From: an uncultured bacterium
Lineage (GTDB): Bacteria; Krumholzibacteriota; Krumholzibacteriia; Krumholzibacteriales; Krumholzibacteriaceae
Assembly (NCBI GenBank): GCA_963813815.1
Contig: CAWFAD010000013.1
Coordinates: 1 to 57,661, forward strand
Direction of reading: 5' to 3'
DNA: 57,661 nucleotides
Positions 29,688 to 39,230 of this stretch are shown one piece after another. A program made the translations under genes and the position numbers. How positions within the stretch are numbered: the stretch's first letter is position 1; each line of letters starts with the position of its first letter. Below the pieces are notes generated by a model. The model was given only the letters and a program-made list of their open reading frames with translations. It did not search any database and was not told the origin of the DNA.

Positions 29688-30806
29688 ATGCCGGAAAAGC
29701 CGGAAGTTTACGCGACGATCAATCTGCGCGATCTGCTCCAGGAAATGATCGAAAAGCGCGCGAGCGACCTCCACATCACGGCGGGCGTGCCGCCGATGCT
29801 GCGCATCGACGGCATCATCCGTCCGACGAGCCATCCGGTCATCTCCCCCGAGGTGAGCAAGATGATCGCGTACAGCATCATCACCGAGGAGCAGCAGAAG
29901 CGCTTCGAGAACGACAAGGAGCTCGATTTCTCGTTCGGCGTCACGGGGCTCTCGCGGTTCCGCGCCAACTGCTTCCAGCAGCGGGGCGTGACGAGCATCG
30001 CGATCCGGCAGATTCCGTTCGAGATACTCGATTTCAAGTCGCTCGGGCTGCCGCAGATCGTCGACGATCTCTCGAAGAAGATCAAGGGGCTCATCCTCGT
30101 CACGGGCCCGACGGGAAGCGGCAAGTCGACTACGCTCGCGAGCTTCATCGACAAGATCAACAACGAGCGCCAGGCGCACGTCGTCACGATCGAGGATCCG
30201 ATCGAGTACATCCACCAGCACAAGCGGTGCATCGTGAACCAGCGCGAGGTGAAGGCCGACACGCAGTCGTTCGCGGCGGCCCTCAAGCACGTGCTGCGGC
30301 AGGATCCGGACGTCATTCTCATCGGCGAGATGCGCGATCTCGAGACGATGCAGGCCGCGCTCACGATCGCCGAGACGGGCCATCTCGCGCTCGCCACGCT
30401 CCACACGAACTCGACCTTCGAGTCGATCAACCGCATCGTCGACACGTTTCCGCCGATGCAGCAGCCCCAGGTGCGTGCGCAGCTCGCGTTCGTGCTCGAG
30501 GGGGTCGTGTCGCAGCTGCTCATTCCGCATCTTTCGGGGAAGGGGCGCGCCATGGTGGCGGAGGTCATGGTATGCACGCCGGCCGTCCGCGCGTGCATTC
30601 GCGAGGACAAGATTCACCAGGTCTACGGTCTCATGCAGGCGGGCACGAAGTACGGCATGCAGACGATGAACCAGGCCCTGTTCCGGGCATATGCGAACCG
30701 GATGATATCGCTGGACGAAGCGATGATATGCAGCCACGACCCGGCCGAGCTCGAGCAGATGCTCGGCGAGCGATCGGGCGCCTACGCAAACCGCTGCACG
30801 AAGTAA
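29688..30806 (+). CDS. pilT: Type IV pilus retraction ATPase PilT
   Basis: ASDLHI, GPTGSGKSTT, TIEDPIEY, LRQDPDVILIGEMRD, AETGHL, AVRACIRE (AIRNLIRE-like), GMQTM. Confidence 0.95.
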   Translation: MPEKPEVYATINLRDLLQEMIEKRASDLHITAGVPPMLRIDGIIRPTSHPVISPEVSKMIAYSIITEEQQKRFENDKELDFSFGVTGLSRFRANCFQQRGVTSIAIRQIPFEILDFKSLGLPQIVDDLSKKIKGLILVTGPTGSGKSTTLASFIDKINNERQAHVVTIEDPIEYIHQHKRCIVNQREVKADTQSFAAALKHVLRQDPDVILIGEMRDLETMQAALTIAETGHLALATLHTNSTFESINRIVDTFPPMQQPQVRAQLAFVLEGVVSQLLIPHLSGKGRAMVAEVMVCTPAVRACIREDKIHQVYGLMQAGTKYGMQTMNQALFRAYANRMISLDEAMICSHDPAELEQMLGERSGAYANRCTK

Positions 30807-30824
30807 CGGCAAGGGGGAAGAGTC

Positions 30825-32039
30825 ATGGCGACGACGATGTATCTGTGGAAGGGACGAACGCCGACGGGAGAGATCCTCTCGGGCGAACTCGCCTCCGAAA
30901 GCAAGCAGGAGATCATCAACAATCTGCGCAAGCGGAAGATCATCATCACGTCCATCAGGACGAAGCCGAAGGACCTCAACTTCAGCATCGGCCTCAAGAA
31001 CCGCATCAATACGCGCGATCTCGGCGTGTTCACGCGTCAGTTCGCGACGATGATCAACGCCGGTCTTCCGATGGTCCAATGTCTCGACATTCTCTCGAGC
31101 CAGATGGACAAGCCGTCGTTCAAGAAGATCGTGGCGGATGTCATGGGCGACGTCGAGGCCGGCTCGACGCTGGCCGAGGCGCTCCGCAAGCACAAGTGCT
31201 TCTCCGATCTCTACGTCAACATGGTCGAGGCCGGCGAGGCCGGCGGTATCCTCGACGTGATACTCAACCGTCTCGCCGTGTACCTCGAGAAGGTCGACGC
31301 CCTCATCAAGAAGGTGAAGGGGGCGATGACGTACCCGGCGGTCGTGTTCACCGTCTGTATCGGGGCGACCATCTTCATGCTCCTCTTCATCATTCCGACC
31401 TTCGCCCAGATGTTCTCGGACTTCGGCGGCGAGTTGCCCATGCCGACGCGCATCGTCATGGGGCTCTCGAACTTCCTGCGCGCCAACTGGTGGCTGCTCG
31501 TCGTCATCGCCGTCGGCGGGTTCATCGGCATCAAGCGGTACTACAAGACGGTCGGCGGACACTATCGCCTCGACAAGCTCATGCTGCACTCGCCGGTCAT
31601 CGGCCCCGTCATCCGCAAATCGGCCGTCGCGCGTTTCACGCGAACGCTCGGCACGCTCGTCTCGAGCGGCGTTCCGATCCTGAACGGCCTCGAGATCACC
31701 GCCCGCACGTCGGGCAACAAGGTGATCGAGGAGGCCATCATGAAGACGCGCACGAGCATCAGCGAGGGCAACACGATCGCCGACCCTCTCAAGGAATGTG
31801 GCGTGTTTCCGCCGATGGTCGTCCAGATGATCGGCGTGGGCGAGCAGACGGGCGCCCTCGACGAGATGCTCGACAAGGTCGCCGATTTTTACGACAGCGA
31901 AGTCGATACCGCGGTGGACGCGCTCACGTCCATCATCGAGCCGATCATGATCGTCGTCATGGGTGGCATCGTGGGCGGCATGCTCATCGCGATGTATCTC
32001 CCGATGTTCAAGCTCGTCAGCGTGGTCGCCGGAGGCTGA
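30825..32039 (+). CDS. pilC: Type IV pilus platform protein PilC
   Basis: FTRQFATMINAG, GEAGGIL, AMTYP, GEQTGALDEML, IEP, MYLPMF. Confidence 0.95.
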   Translation: MATTMYLWKGRTPTGEILSGELASESKQEIINNLRKRKIIITSIRTKPKDLNFSIGLKNRINTRDLGVFTRQFATMINAGLPMVQCLDILSSQMDKPSFKKIVADVMGDVEAGSTLAEALRKHKCFSDLYVNMVEAGEAGGILDVILNRLAVYLEKVDALIKKVKGAMTYPAVVFTVCIGATIFMLLFIIPTFAQMFSDFGGELPMPTRIVMGLSNFLRANWWLLVVIAVGGFIGIKRYYKTVGGHYRLDKLMLHSPVIGPVIRKSAVARFTRTLGTLVSSGVPILNGLEITARTSGNKVIEEAIMKTRTSISEGNTIADPLKECGVFPPMVVQMIGVGEQTGALDEMLDKVADFYDSEVDTAVDALTSIIEPIMIVVMGGIVGGMLIAMYLPMFKLVSVVAGG

Positions 32040-32042
32040 TTG

Positions 32043-33770
32043 ATGCTCTTTCCGCCGCGTGCACGGTTCCGCGATAGCGCGGGATCGATGATAAAACTCG
32101 TCTTTCTGCGACTCGTCGCGGCGACGCTCATCGTCGGCGCCGCGGTCGTCGTGCTCCACTGCGGCGAGAGCGGCGCCCCCATGGGAGCGCTCTACGGGCT
32201 CCTCGGCGTCATCTATCTGACCACCGGATCGATGTATCTCGCCGCCCGCGGCGGCGTGAGCGCCCGCACTCTCGTCTGGGGGACGATCGCGAGCGACTGC
32301 GTCGTGCTCACGATGATCCTGCATTTCAGCGGCGGCTCGGCGTCGTATTTCGCCACCCTCTTCATCCTGCCGATACTGGTCGGCGGCATGTGGTTCGAGA
32401 CGTCGGGCGGTCTCGCGACGGCGGCGCTCGCGGCGGCCGCGTATCTCGCCTATAACGCGCTGGAGTACGGGGGCAGGGTCGTCCCGCACGATCTCTCCAT
32501 TCAATACTCCGGCGGCAACCCGCTGCTGCGCGGCTATCTGCTCATGGCGATGTTCGTCTTCGCCGGCCTTCTGAGCGGGTCCTACGCCGCGCGCGCCCGC
32601 AGGAAGGGCGAGGAGCTCGCCCGCGCGGAGGACGAGCTCAGACGGGTCCAGCGGAATACGGACAGCATCATCGCGAACGTGTCGAGCGGGCTCATCGTCA
32701 CGGACATGACGGGCGAAATCCTGACGTGCAACCCGGCCGCCGAACGGATACTGGGGCTGCAACACTCGGGGGGCGTCGTCGGGCGCCTTGTCCATGACGT
32801 CATCCCCCACATGAGTCCGCTCACGAAGGAGCTCGAGAGCGCGATCGCGACGGGAACGCCGCGGAATCGCCACGAGCTCGAGGTGCGCCGCGCCGACGGA
32901 AGCGCGCTGCCGCTCGGGATCAGCATCTCGTTCCTGCGCGGCGAGCAGTGCGAACGGCGGGGCGTCGTCGCCATATTTCAGGATCTGACCGAGGTGCACC
33001 GGATGCGCGAGAAGGTGCGCTGCGCGGACAAGATGGCTGCGATCGGGGAGCTTTCGACGGCGATCGCCCACGAGATCCGCGCGCCGCTCGCCTCCATCTG
33101 CGGTTCGGTCGAAATGCTGGCGCAGGAGCTCGAGCTTTCCGGCGACAACCGGCGGCTCATGGAGCTCGTCGTCAAGGAGTCGGATCGCCTCGATCGCATC
33201 ATCACGGATTTTCTCGAGTTCGCGCGGCTGAGAGCGCCGGAATTCGAGCCGGTCGACGTCGAGAACTGTCTCGCCGAGGTGCTGCTCCTGCTCCGCCATT
33301 CGTCGAGCGTCGGGCGCGACGTCGCGATCGAGGTGCAGGGCGGCGCGTCTCATGCCCGCGTGTTCGCCGATGACGAGCAGATCCGGCAGGTGTTCCTGAA
33401 TCTCATCATGAACGCCTGCGAGGCAATGGGCGGCCGCGGCCGGCTCGCGATACGGATCGAGAACGTCATGAGGTCGCTGCGCGAGGGATCGGCGGCCGAG
33501 CACTGCGTCGCGGTCGACTTCGCGAACAACGGCCCCGCCATCCCGGCCGAAACGCTGCCCCGCATCTTCGAGCCCTTCTTCACCACGAAGGAGGGGGGGA
33601 CGGGTCTCGGGCTCGCGATCGTCGCGCGCATCGTCGAAAGCCACGGCGGGCAGGCGCGGGTGGCGAGCGCCGAGGGGCAGGGCGCCATATTCACGATCCT
33701 TCTCCCGGTCCATACCGGATCGGATTCCGTTCGCAACGATACTCTTGAGGAAGCCTTCATCGGTTTCTAG
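32043..33770 (+). CDS. pilS: PilS-like membrane sensor histidine kinase with PAS domain
   Basis: About 6 TM helices, PAS, AHEIRAPL H-box, NLIMNA, FEPFFTTK, GTGLGL; position between pilC and pilR. Confidence 0.85.
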   Translation: MLFPPRARFRDSAGSMIKLVFLRLVAATLIVGAAVVVLHCGESGAPMGALYGLLGVIYLTTGSMYLAARGGVSARTLVWGTIASDCVVLTMILHFSGGSASYFATLFILPILVGGMWFETSGGLATAALAAAAYLAYNALEYGGRVVPHDLSIQYSGGNPLLRGYLLMAMFVFAGLLSGSYAARARRKGEELARAEDELRRVQRNTDSIIANVSSGLIVTDMTGEILTCNPAAERILGLQHSGGVVGRLVHDVIPHMSPLTKELESAIATGTPRNRHELEVRRADGSALPLGISISFLRGEQCERRGVVAIFQDLTEVHRMREKVRCADKMAAIGELSTAIAHEIRAPLASICGSVEMLAQELELSGDNRRLMELVVKESDRLDRIITDFLEFARLRAPEFEPVDVENCLAEVLLLLRHSSSVGRDVAIEVQGGASHARVFADDEQIRQVFLNLIMNACEAMGGRGRLAIRIENVMRSLREGSAAEHCVAVDFANNGPAIPAETLPRIFEPFFTTKEGGTGLGLAIVARIVESHGGQARVASAEGQGAIFTILLPVHTGSDSVRNDTLEEAFIGF

Positions 33771-33804
33771 CTCCGGGTGTTCGATCTCACGGGGGTAACG
33801 CCGC

Positions 33805-35178
33805 ATGGCAGGAGAGAAGATACTCATCGTCGACGACGAGAAGAACATGTGCCAGTACCTGACGATCATGCTCCGGCGGGAGGGGTACGAGGTCAAGACC
33901 GCCCACAGCGGCAAGAAGGCCCTGCAGGAGATCAAGGAAGGCAATTTCGACGTCGTCCTCACCGACATCAAGATGGAGGGAATGGACGGCATCGCGCTCC
34001 TCCGGGCCGTCAAGGAGCAGAATCCCACGATCCCGGTCATCATCATGACCGCCTACGCCACGCAAAAAACGGCGATCGAGGCTCTCAACAGCGGCGCCTA
34101 TTACTACCTCATCAAGCGCGCGAAGAACGAAGAGATCAAGATGGTGATCAGGAGCGCCCTCGACATGCACAAGGTCAAGACGGAAAACGTCTACCTCAAG
34201 AGGCAGCTCAAGAAGAAAGAGGATTTCAAGGAGATCATCGGAAAGAGCGAGGAGATCCAGGCGGTGTTCTGCCTCGTCAACAAGGTCGCCGACACGGACT
34301 CGACGATCCTCATCAGCGGCGAGAGCGGCACCGGGAAGGAGCTCATCGCCAAGGCGATACACTATCGCTCGGGCCGCGCCGGCCAGCCCTTCGTGTCGAT
34401 CAACTGCGGCGCGCTCCCGGAGAACCTGCTCGAGAGCGAGCTCTTCGGCCACGTCAAGGGGAGTTTCACGGGGGCCATCCGCGACAAAGACGGGATGTTC
34501 AAGGTCGCGAGCGGCGGCACCTTCTTCCTCGACGAGGTCGGAGAGACCTCGCTGGCGATTCAGGTGAAGCTGCTCCGCGTTCTGCAGGAGCGCGAGATCA
34601 TTCCGGTCGGCGGCACGGCTCCCATCAAGGTGGACGTAAGGCTCATCGCCGCGACGAACGCCGATCTCGAGAAGGCCGTCAAAGAGGAGCGATTCCGCGC
34701 CGATCTCTACTATCGTCTCAACGTCATACCGGTTCACATTCCCCCGCTGCGCGAGCGGCGCGACGACATTCCGCTCCTCGTCGACCACTTCCTGCGGATC
34801 GCGACCGACCGGACGGGACGGACCAAGAGCATCGCAAAGACGTCGATGGATCTCCTTTGCGCCTACGACTGGCCCGGCAACGTTCGCGAGCTCGAGAACG
34901 TGATCGAGCGCGGCGTGATCCTGCAGGACGGGGACGAGATATTCCCCGACAACCTGCCGCCGAAGGTGTGCCATCACACGAGCGAGCGGCGCGGGGTGAA
35001 CGTGGAGGACGCGCAGATGACCCTCGACGAGCTCGAGAAGCAGTACCTCGTGAGCGTGCTCGAGGAGACGAGCTGGCAGAAGAAGAAGGCGAGCTCGATC
35101 CTCGGCATCAACGCCTCGACGCTCTACCGGAAGATTCAGCGGTACGGACTTTCCCAGGAGAGGTTGAAGGACAAGTGA
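33805..35178 (+). CDS. pilR: PilR-like sigma-54-dependent response regulator (NtrC family)
   Basis: REC domain, GESGTGKE, ESELFGHVKGSFTGA, FLDEVG, WPGNVREL, C-terminal HTH. Confidence 0.9.
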   Translation: MAGEKILIVDDEKNMCQYLTIMLRREGYEVKTAHSGKKALQEIKEGNFDVVLTDIKMEGMDGIALLRAVKEQNPTIPVIIMTAYATQKTAIEALNSGAYYYLIKRAKNEEIKMVIRSALDMHKVKTENVYLKRQLKKKEDFKEIIGKSEEIQAVFCLVNKVADTDSTILISGESGTGKELIAKAIHYRSGRAGQPFVSINCGALPENLLESELFGHVKGSFTGAIRDKDGMFKVASGGTFFLDEVGETSLAIQVKLLRVLQEREIIPVGGTAPIKVDVRLIAATNADLEKAVKEERFRADLYYRLNVIPVHIPPLRERRDDIPLLVDHFLRIATDRTGRTKSIAKTSMDLLCAYDWPGNVRELENVIERGVILQDGDEIFPDNLPPKVCHHTSERRGVNVEDAQMTLDELEKQYLVSVLEETSWQKKKASSILGINASTLYRKIQRYGLSQERLKDK

Positions 35179-35306
35179 GGCGGCGCATTGCAATGGGATA
35201 CGCCGATAGCGCAATTCGAAACGACCGCGGACCACATCCAGAAAGGGGGTATCTGCCAACTACAAATAACGCAACGAGATGGACGTTATCCGTGGCCGAG
35301 CCGCTT

Positions 35307-35321
35307 TGGCACGGAGCTTGC
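35307..35321 (+). promoter_or_regulatory. Sigma-54 promoter of pilA1
   Basis: TGGCAC-GGAGC-TTGC, directly downstream of pilR and upstream of the pilin. Confidence 0.85.
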
Positions 35322-35443
35322 GAAATGGATATCCGAACGGCTGCGGTGGCGGCAACCCGGCACAAGCCGGAACACCGCGGCGGTCATGAAGAAGAGATCT
35401 CAAAGCATTCGAGCTTTGAAAGGTTTTGTGAAGGAGGTGCCTG

Positions 35444-35878
35444 ATGAACAACAAGGGTTTCACCCTCATCGAGTTGATGATCGTGGTCGTGATTATCGGT
35501 ATTCTCGCCGCTATCGCGATTCCGAACTTCATCAACATGCAGGCGCGCGCGAAGGAAGCGGCCGTAAAGTCGAACTGTCATACCGTTCAGCTCGCGGCCG
35601 AGGATTTCGCGGTGCAGAATGACGGCGTGTACTCGGACGACGTCGGCATCGACGTGACTCCGTCCGGTCAGGCGATCGTCGACATGCTCCCGGGCGGCGC
35701 CCTGCTCGAGAACCCGTTCACCAAAGTCGCGACCGAGCCGGTCGACGGCACCGCGGCTCTGGCCGGCGAGAGCGCCTACGCTCCCATCGTCCAGAACCTC
35801 GTGAACGTTGGCTACACGATCACGGGTGTCGGCAAGGAAGCCGGCACGATCATCATCACGCTGTCGAGCGGCCAGTAA
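35444..35878 (+). CDS. pilA: Type IVa major pilin 1
   Basis: Class III signal MNNKG/FTLIEL, hydrophobic alpha-1 helix, strong AAGGAGGT RBS. Confidence 0.95.
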   Translation: MNNKGFTLIELMIVVVIIGILAAIAIPNFINMQARAKEAAVKSNCHTVQLAAEDFAVQNDGVYSDDVGIDVTPSGQAIVDMLPGGALLENPFTKVATEPVDGTAALAGESAYAPIVQNLVNVGYTITGVGKEAGTIIITLSSGQ

Positions 35879-35902
35879 CAGCCTCTCGCACGGTTGATGC
35901 GC

Positions 35903-35936
35903 GAAGGGCGGCTCTCCGGAGCCGCCCTTCTCTTTT
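35903..35936 (+). terminator. Intrinsic terminator after pilA1
   Basis: 12-bp stem GAAGGGCGGCTC / GAGCCGCCCTTC, 4-nt loop, followed by TCTTTT. Confidence 0.85.
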
Positions 35937-35961
35937 CCTCGGGAGCCGCCGGGCGCTGGCG

Positions 35962-35977
35962 CGGCATGGAAGTTGCA
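35962..35977 (+). promoter_or_regulatory. Candidate sigma-54 promoter of pilA2
   Basis: CGGCAT-GGAAG-TTGCA, GG-N10-GC spacing. Confidence 0.65.
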
Positions 35978-36066
35978 CTCATTATCAATTGCGAGTTCGG
36001 CGATGCGGGCGGAGAGCGGGGCGGGTGAACATGAGCCGCCGCTGGGGATCCGAGGAGCGTGTGAAT

Positions 36067-36501
36067 ATGAACACGAAAGGCTTCACTCTCATAGAGCTCA
36101 TCATCGTCGTTATGATCATCGGCATTATAGCGGCGATCGCTATTCCGAACTATATGACCATGGCGGGGAGATCGAAGGAAGCGGTCGTCAAATCGAACTG
36201 CCATACCGTGCAGATCGCTTCCGAGGATTTCGCGATCCAGAACGGGGGCATCTACGCCGCGGACGTGGATATCGACACGACCCCCTCCGGCTCGACCCTC
36301 GTGGATCTGCTGCCGAAGTCCCGTCTTCTCACCAATCCGTTCACCCGCGTCGAGACGGAGCCGGTGAACGGCGCCGCCGCCGATCCCGGAGAGACGGGTT
36401 ATCTGCCGATCGTCCAGAACGGCGTGCCCGCCGGATACAACATCACGGGCGTCGGCAAGGTGGCGGGGACGGTCGTGCTCGCCCTCATCAGCGGGTCATG
36501 A
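36067..36501 (+). CDS. pilA: Type IVa pilin 2 (paralogue of pilin 1)
   Basis: MNTKG/FTLIEL; 144 aa, gap-free alignment to pilin 1. Confidence 0.9.
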   Translation: MNTKGFTLIELIIVVMIIGIIAAIAIPNYMTMAGRSKEAVVKSNCHTVQIASEDFAIQNGGIYAADVDIDTTPSGSTLVDLLPKSRLLTNPFTRVETEPVNGAAADPGETGYLPIVQNGVPAGYNITGVGKVAGTVVLALISGS

Positions 36502-36595
36502 CGCGGCGCCCCGCATTTCAGTCGCGGCTTCGCGCCCGGCCCCCCGCCGGGCGCTTTTAGCGTCAGGCATCACCGGCCGGGCGCTTCTTCATGAA

Positions 36596-36611
36596 CGGTA
36601 CGGAACCTGCT
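36596..36611 (+). promoter_or_regulatory. Weak candidate sigma-54 promoter for the pilH/I/G/D-like operon
   Basis: CGGTAC-GGAAC-CTGCT, GG-N10-GC spacing with a degenerate consensus. Confidence 0.4.
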
Positions 36612-36736
36612 CGTCTCCCCCCGGGGGGCTGGTACGGGCATGAAACCATCAGGTTTTTTACCATGGCGCGGCGAGTTCCCGGCCACCGGCGCATCCGGCG
36701 GGCGGAACGGCCGTTTGGCCTGAGCGGGGTCCTCTG

Positions 36737-37729
36737 ATGAACGTTCTCAGCGTCGACGGCGTCAAAAAATCGTTTCGCGTCGGTATGAGCCTCGCGAGGC
36801 GGGAGATTCTACGCGGCGTCACCCTGCATGCGCGGGAAGGGGAGGTGCTCGGCTTTCTCGGCCCGAACGGCGCCGGGAAAACGACGAGCATCAAGATTAT
36901 CCTCGGACTCATCAGGGCGGACGAGGGAACCGCGGCGCTCTTCGGCCACCCGGCCGGCAGCCGCGAGGCGGCTCTCAGGACCGGTTACCTGCCCGAGATG
37001 CCGTACATCTATCCGCATCTGTCGCTCGGCGAGTTTCTCCGGTCGTGCGGAGCGATGAGCGGGATGCCATCCCGGGAGCTCGAGGGAAAGATCCGGCGAG
37101 TCGTCGAAACGGTCGATCTCTCGCCGCACCTCCGTTCCCGTCTCAAGGGCTTTTCCAAAGGAATGCTTCAGCGCGCGGCGCTCGCGCAGGCGATTCTGCA
37201 CGATCCCGACCTTCTCATACTCGACGAGCCCTTCTCCGGGCTCGATCCGGTCGGCCGGCGGCTCGTCCGCGACATCCTCGTCGATCTCAAGGGCCGCGGG
37301 AAGACGATCTTTTTCTCGTCGCACATATTGCCCGATATGGAGGCGCTCTGCGACCGCGTTTCGATCATCCGGGAAGGCGTCATCGCGAGGACGCTCGGCC
37401 TCGACGAGCTGATGCGGCTCGGCGAGGGGAGGATCGAGATCACGGCGCGAGGCGTGCGGCCGGGAATGCTCGCCGGGCTCGAGGATCGCGTATCGGCCGT
37501 CGCCGAGCGCGGGGAAGAGACCTTCATCGTCGTACGGGAGCAGCGCCTCGTGCGCGCCGTGATCGAGCGTCTCTACGAGCGGGACGCGGACGTGCTCAAG
37601 GTCGCGAACGAGCGCCGCTCGCTCGAGGACATCTTCATGCAGGAGATCGCGGGTGCCGGAAAGCCCGTTCACCGGGAAACGACGCGCGCGAGGAAGCCGC
37701 GCGATCCGGCCGTCGTCGCCGGATCCTGA
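36737..37729 (+). CDS. Pilus-associated ABC ATPase (PilH/XapD-like)
   Basis: GPNGAGKTT, FSKGMLQR, LDEPFSGLDP, SSH; directly after the pilins. Confidence 0.9.
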   Translation: MNVLSVDGVKKSFRVGMSLARREILRGVTLHAREGEVLGFLGPNGAGKTTSIKIILGLIRADEGTAALFGHPAGSREAALRTGYLPEMPYIYPHLSLGEFLRSCGAMSGMPSRELEGKIRRVVETVDLSPHLRSRLKGFSKGMLQRAALAQAILHDPDLLILDEPFSGLDPVGRRLVRDILVDLKGRGKTIFFSSHILPDMEALCDRVSIIREGVIARTLGLDELMRLGEGRIEITARGVRPGMLAGLEDRVSAVAERGEETFIVVREQRLVRAVIERLYERDADVLKVANERRSLEDIFMQEIAGAGKPVHRETTRARKPRDPAVVAGS

Positions 37730-37740
37730 AGGAGAATCGC

Positions 37741-38508
37741 ATGAGAGGAATAGCGGCGATCGCGATCAACACCTTCCGCGAATGCGTGCGCGAGCGGATA
37801 CTCGTCATCGCCGGCGTTTTCGGCGTCGTGCTCATGGGCGGCTCGCTCTTTCTCTCGCCGCTCGCCGTCGGCGCGAAGCAAAAAATCGTCATGGACGTGG
37901 GACTCGCCGCGATCTCGATCATCGGCGTGCTCGCCGCGATTTTCCTCGGGGGCACGCTCGTGCACAAGGAGATCGAGCGCAAGGCCGTCTACCTCGCGCT
38001 CACGAGACCGGTGCCGCGCGCCGCGTACGTTGTCGGCAAGCTCGCCGGAGTCCTGCTCGCCGCGTTCCTCATGCTCGCCGCCATGACCGGCGTTCTCGCG
38101 GCCGTCCTCGCTCTCGGAAAGGGATCGCTCGGCCCGGCCGTCTTCGCGGCCGTTTACCTGTCGCTTCTCGAAACGGCGGTCATCGCCTCGATCGTCGTCT
38201 TTTTCAGCACCTTCACGACGCCGATGCTCGCCTCCTTCTTCACACTCTGCTGCTTCGTCGCGGGCAGCCTCAGCGGCGATCTGCGCGTGTTCGCCGAGAA
38301 ATTCGGCGGCGCCGGAACGCGGATGGCGGCGAACGCGTTCTACTACCTTCTCCCGAATCTCGAGGTGTTCAACCTGCGGCACGAGGCGGTTCACGGGCTC
38401 GCTTTCAGCGGACGGGACATCGCCCTCGCGACGGGATACGCCGCCGTGTACGTCGCCGTGATCGTGTACTTCGCGTGCCTCGTGTTCCGGCGGCGCGAGT
38501 TCGCCTAG
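37741..38508 (+). CDS. Pilus-associated ABC permease (PilI/XapB-like)
   Basis: NTFRECVR, KEIERKAVY..LTRPV, YYLLPNL, FRRREF; multiple TM helices. Confidence 0.85.
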   Translation: MRGIAAIAINTFRECVRERILVIAGVFGVVLMGGSLFLSPLAVGAKQKIVMDVGLAAISIIGVLAAIFLGGTLVHKEIERKAVYLALTRPVPRAAYVVGKLAGVLLAAFLMLAAMTGVLAAVLALGKGSLGPAVFAAVYLSLLETAVIASIVVFFSTFTTPMLASFFTLCCFVAGSLSGDLRVFAEKFGGAGTRMAANAFYYLLPNLEVFNLRHEAVHGLAFSGRDIALATGYAAVYVAVIVYFACLVFRRREFA

Positions 38509-38516
38509 GAGCGGCC

Positions 38517-39230
38517 GTGAAACGGAGACTCGTCGAATTCGCCTTCGTCGTCGCTGCGCTTTCCTCTCTCGTCTGGGCGTCGCGCGGCGTCGAGGGGCTC
38601 GCCGAGCGCCGGAGCGCCGTCGAGGCGCTCTACCTTCCCTCGGGCCGTTTCGTCGAGGAGGCGTCGCTCCAGTATCGCAACCTCGCCGCGGACCTGCTGT
38701 GGTTCCGCATGGTGCAGTACTACGGCGGCTACCGGCTGGGGGAGAACGACCTCGCGTATTTCAACCACCTCGTCGACGTCATCACCGATCTCGACCCGCA
38801 GTTCACCTTCGCCTACATCCTCGGCGCGCTCATCATCGCGGAGGATCTCGGCCGGGTCGATCAGGGCATCCGCTTCCTCGAGAAGGGGCTCGCCGCGAAC
38901 CCCTCGGATTGGCGTCTGCCGTTCGAGCTCGGGTTTCTCCATTACGTGTATGGACGCGATTTCGCCAAGGCGGCGGATTGCTTCCAAACCGCCGCGCGGC
39001 GGCCGGGGGCCGACCCGATAGCGGCCCGGTTCGCGGCCTTCGTGGCCGGCCGCGCCGGGCACGCCGAAACGAGCATCGCCATGTGGGAGGAGCTCGCGCG
39101 CGCCTCCGACAACCGCTACATACGGGAACTCGCCGGGCGGTACATCGAGAAACTCCGTCGAGGCGAGCCGATCTCGCCGGTGGATGCCGCCGCGGCCGCG
39201 GCGGCCGGGGGAAAGGGCGGGAGCGAATGA
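38517..39230 (+). CDS. TPR protein (PilG/XapA-like)
   Basis: N-terminal TM, ADLLWFRMVQYYG, TDLDPQF, LEKG..NP..WRLPFELGF. Confidence 0.75.
   Translation: MKRRLVEFAFVVAALSSLVWASRGVEGLAERRSAVEALYLPSGRFVEEASLQYRNLAADLLWFRMVQYYGGYRLGENDLAYFNHLVDVITDLDPQFTFAYILGALIIAEDLGRVDQGIRFLEKGLAANPSDWRLPFELGFLHYVYGRDFAKAADCFQTAARRPGADPIAARFAAFVAGRAGHAETSIAMWEELARASDNRYIRELAGRYIEKLRRGEPISPVDAAAAAAAGGKGGSE

Noticed and set aside
28614..34046. 1810-aa minus-strand ORF, and many other long antisense or alternate-frame ORFs in the track
   Set aside because: Shadow frames of well-conserved + strand genes in high-GC DNA; low-complexity R/A/G/H-rich translation with no motifs
35444..36501. Pilins as Geobacter-type conductive e-pili
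   Set aside because: Full-length pilins; pilin 1 has only about 8 aromatic residues (including His) in 139 mature aa and lacks the Y27/Y32 equivalents
36640..36723. 27-codon ORF MKPSGFLPW... as a third pilin remnant
   Set aside because: Only the GF dipeptide resembles a prepilin site; no E5, no hydrophobic helix and no clear RBS
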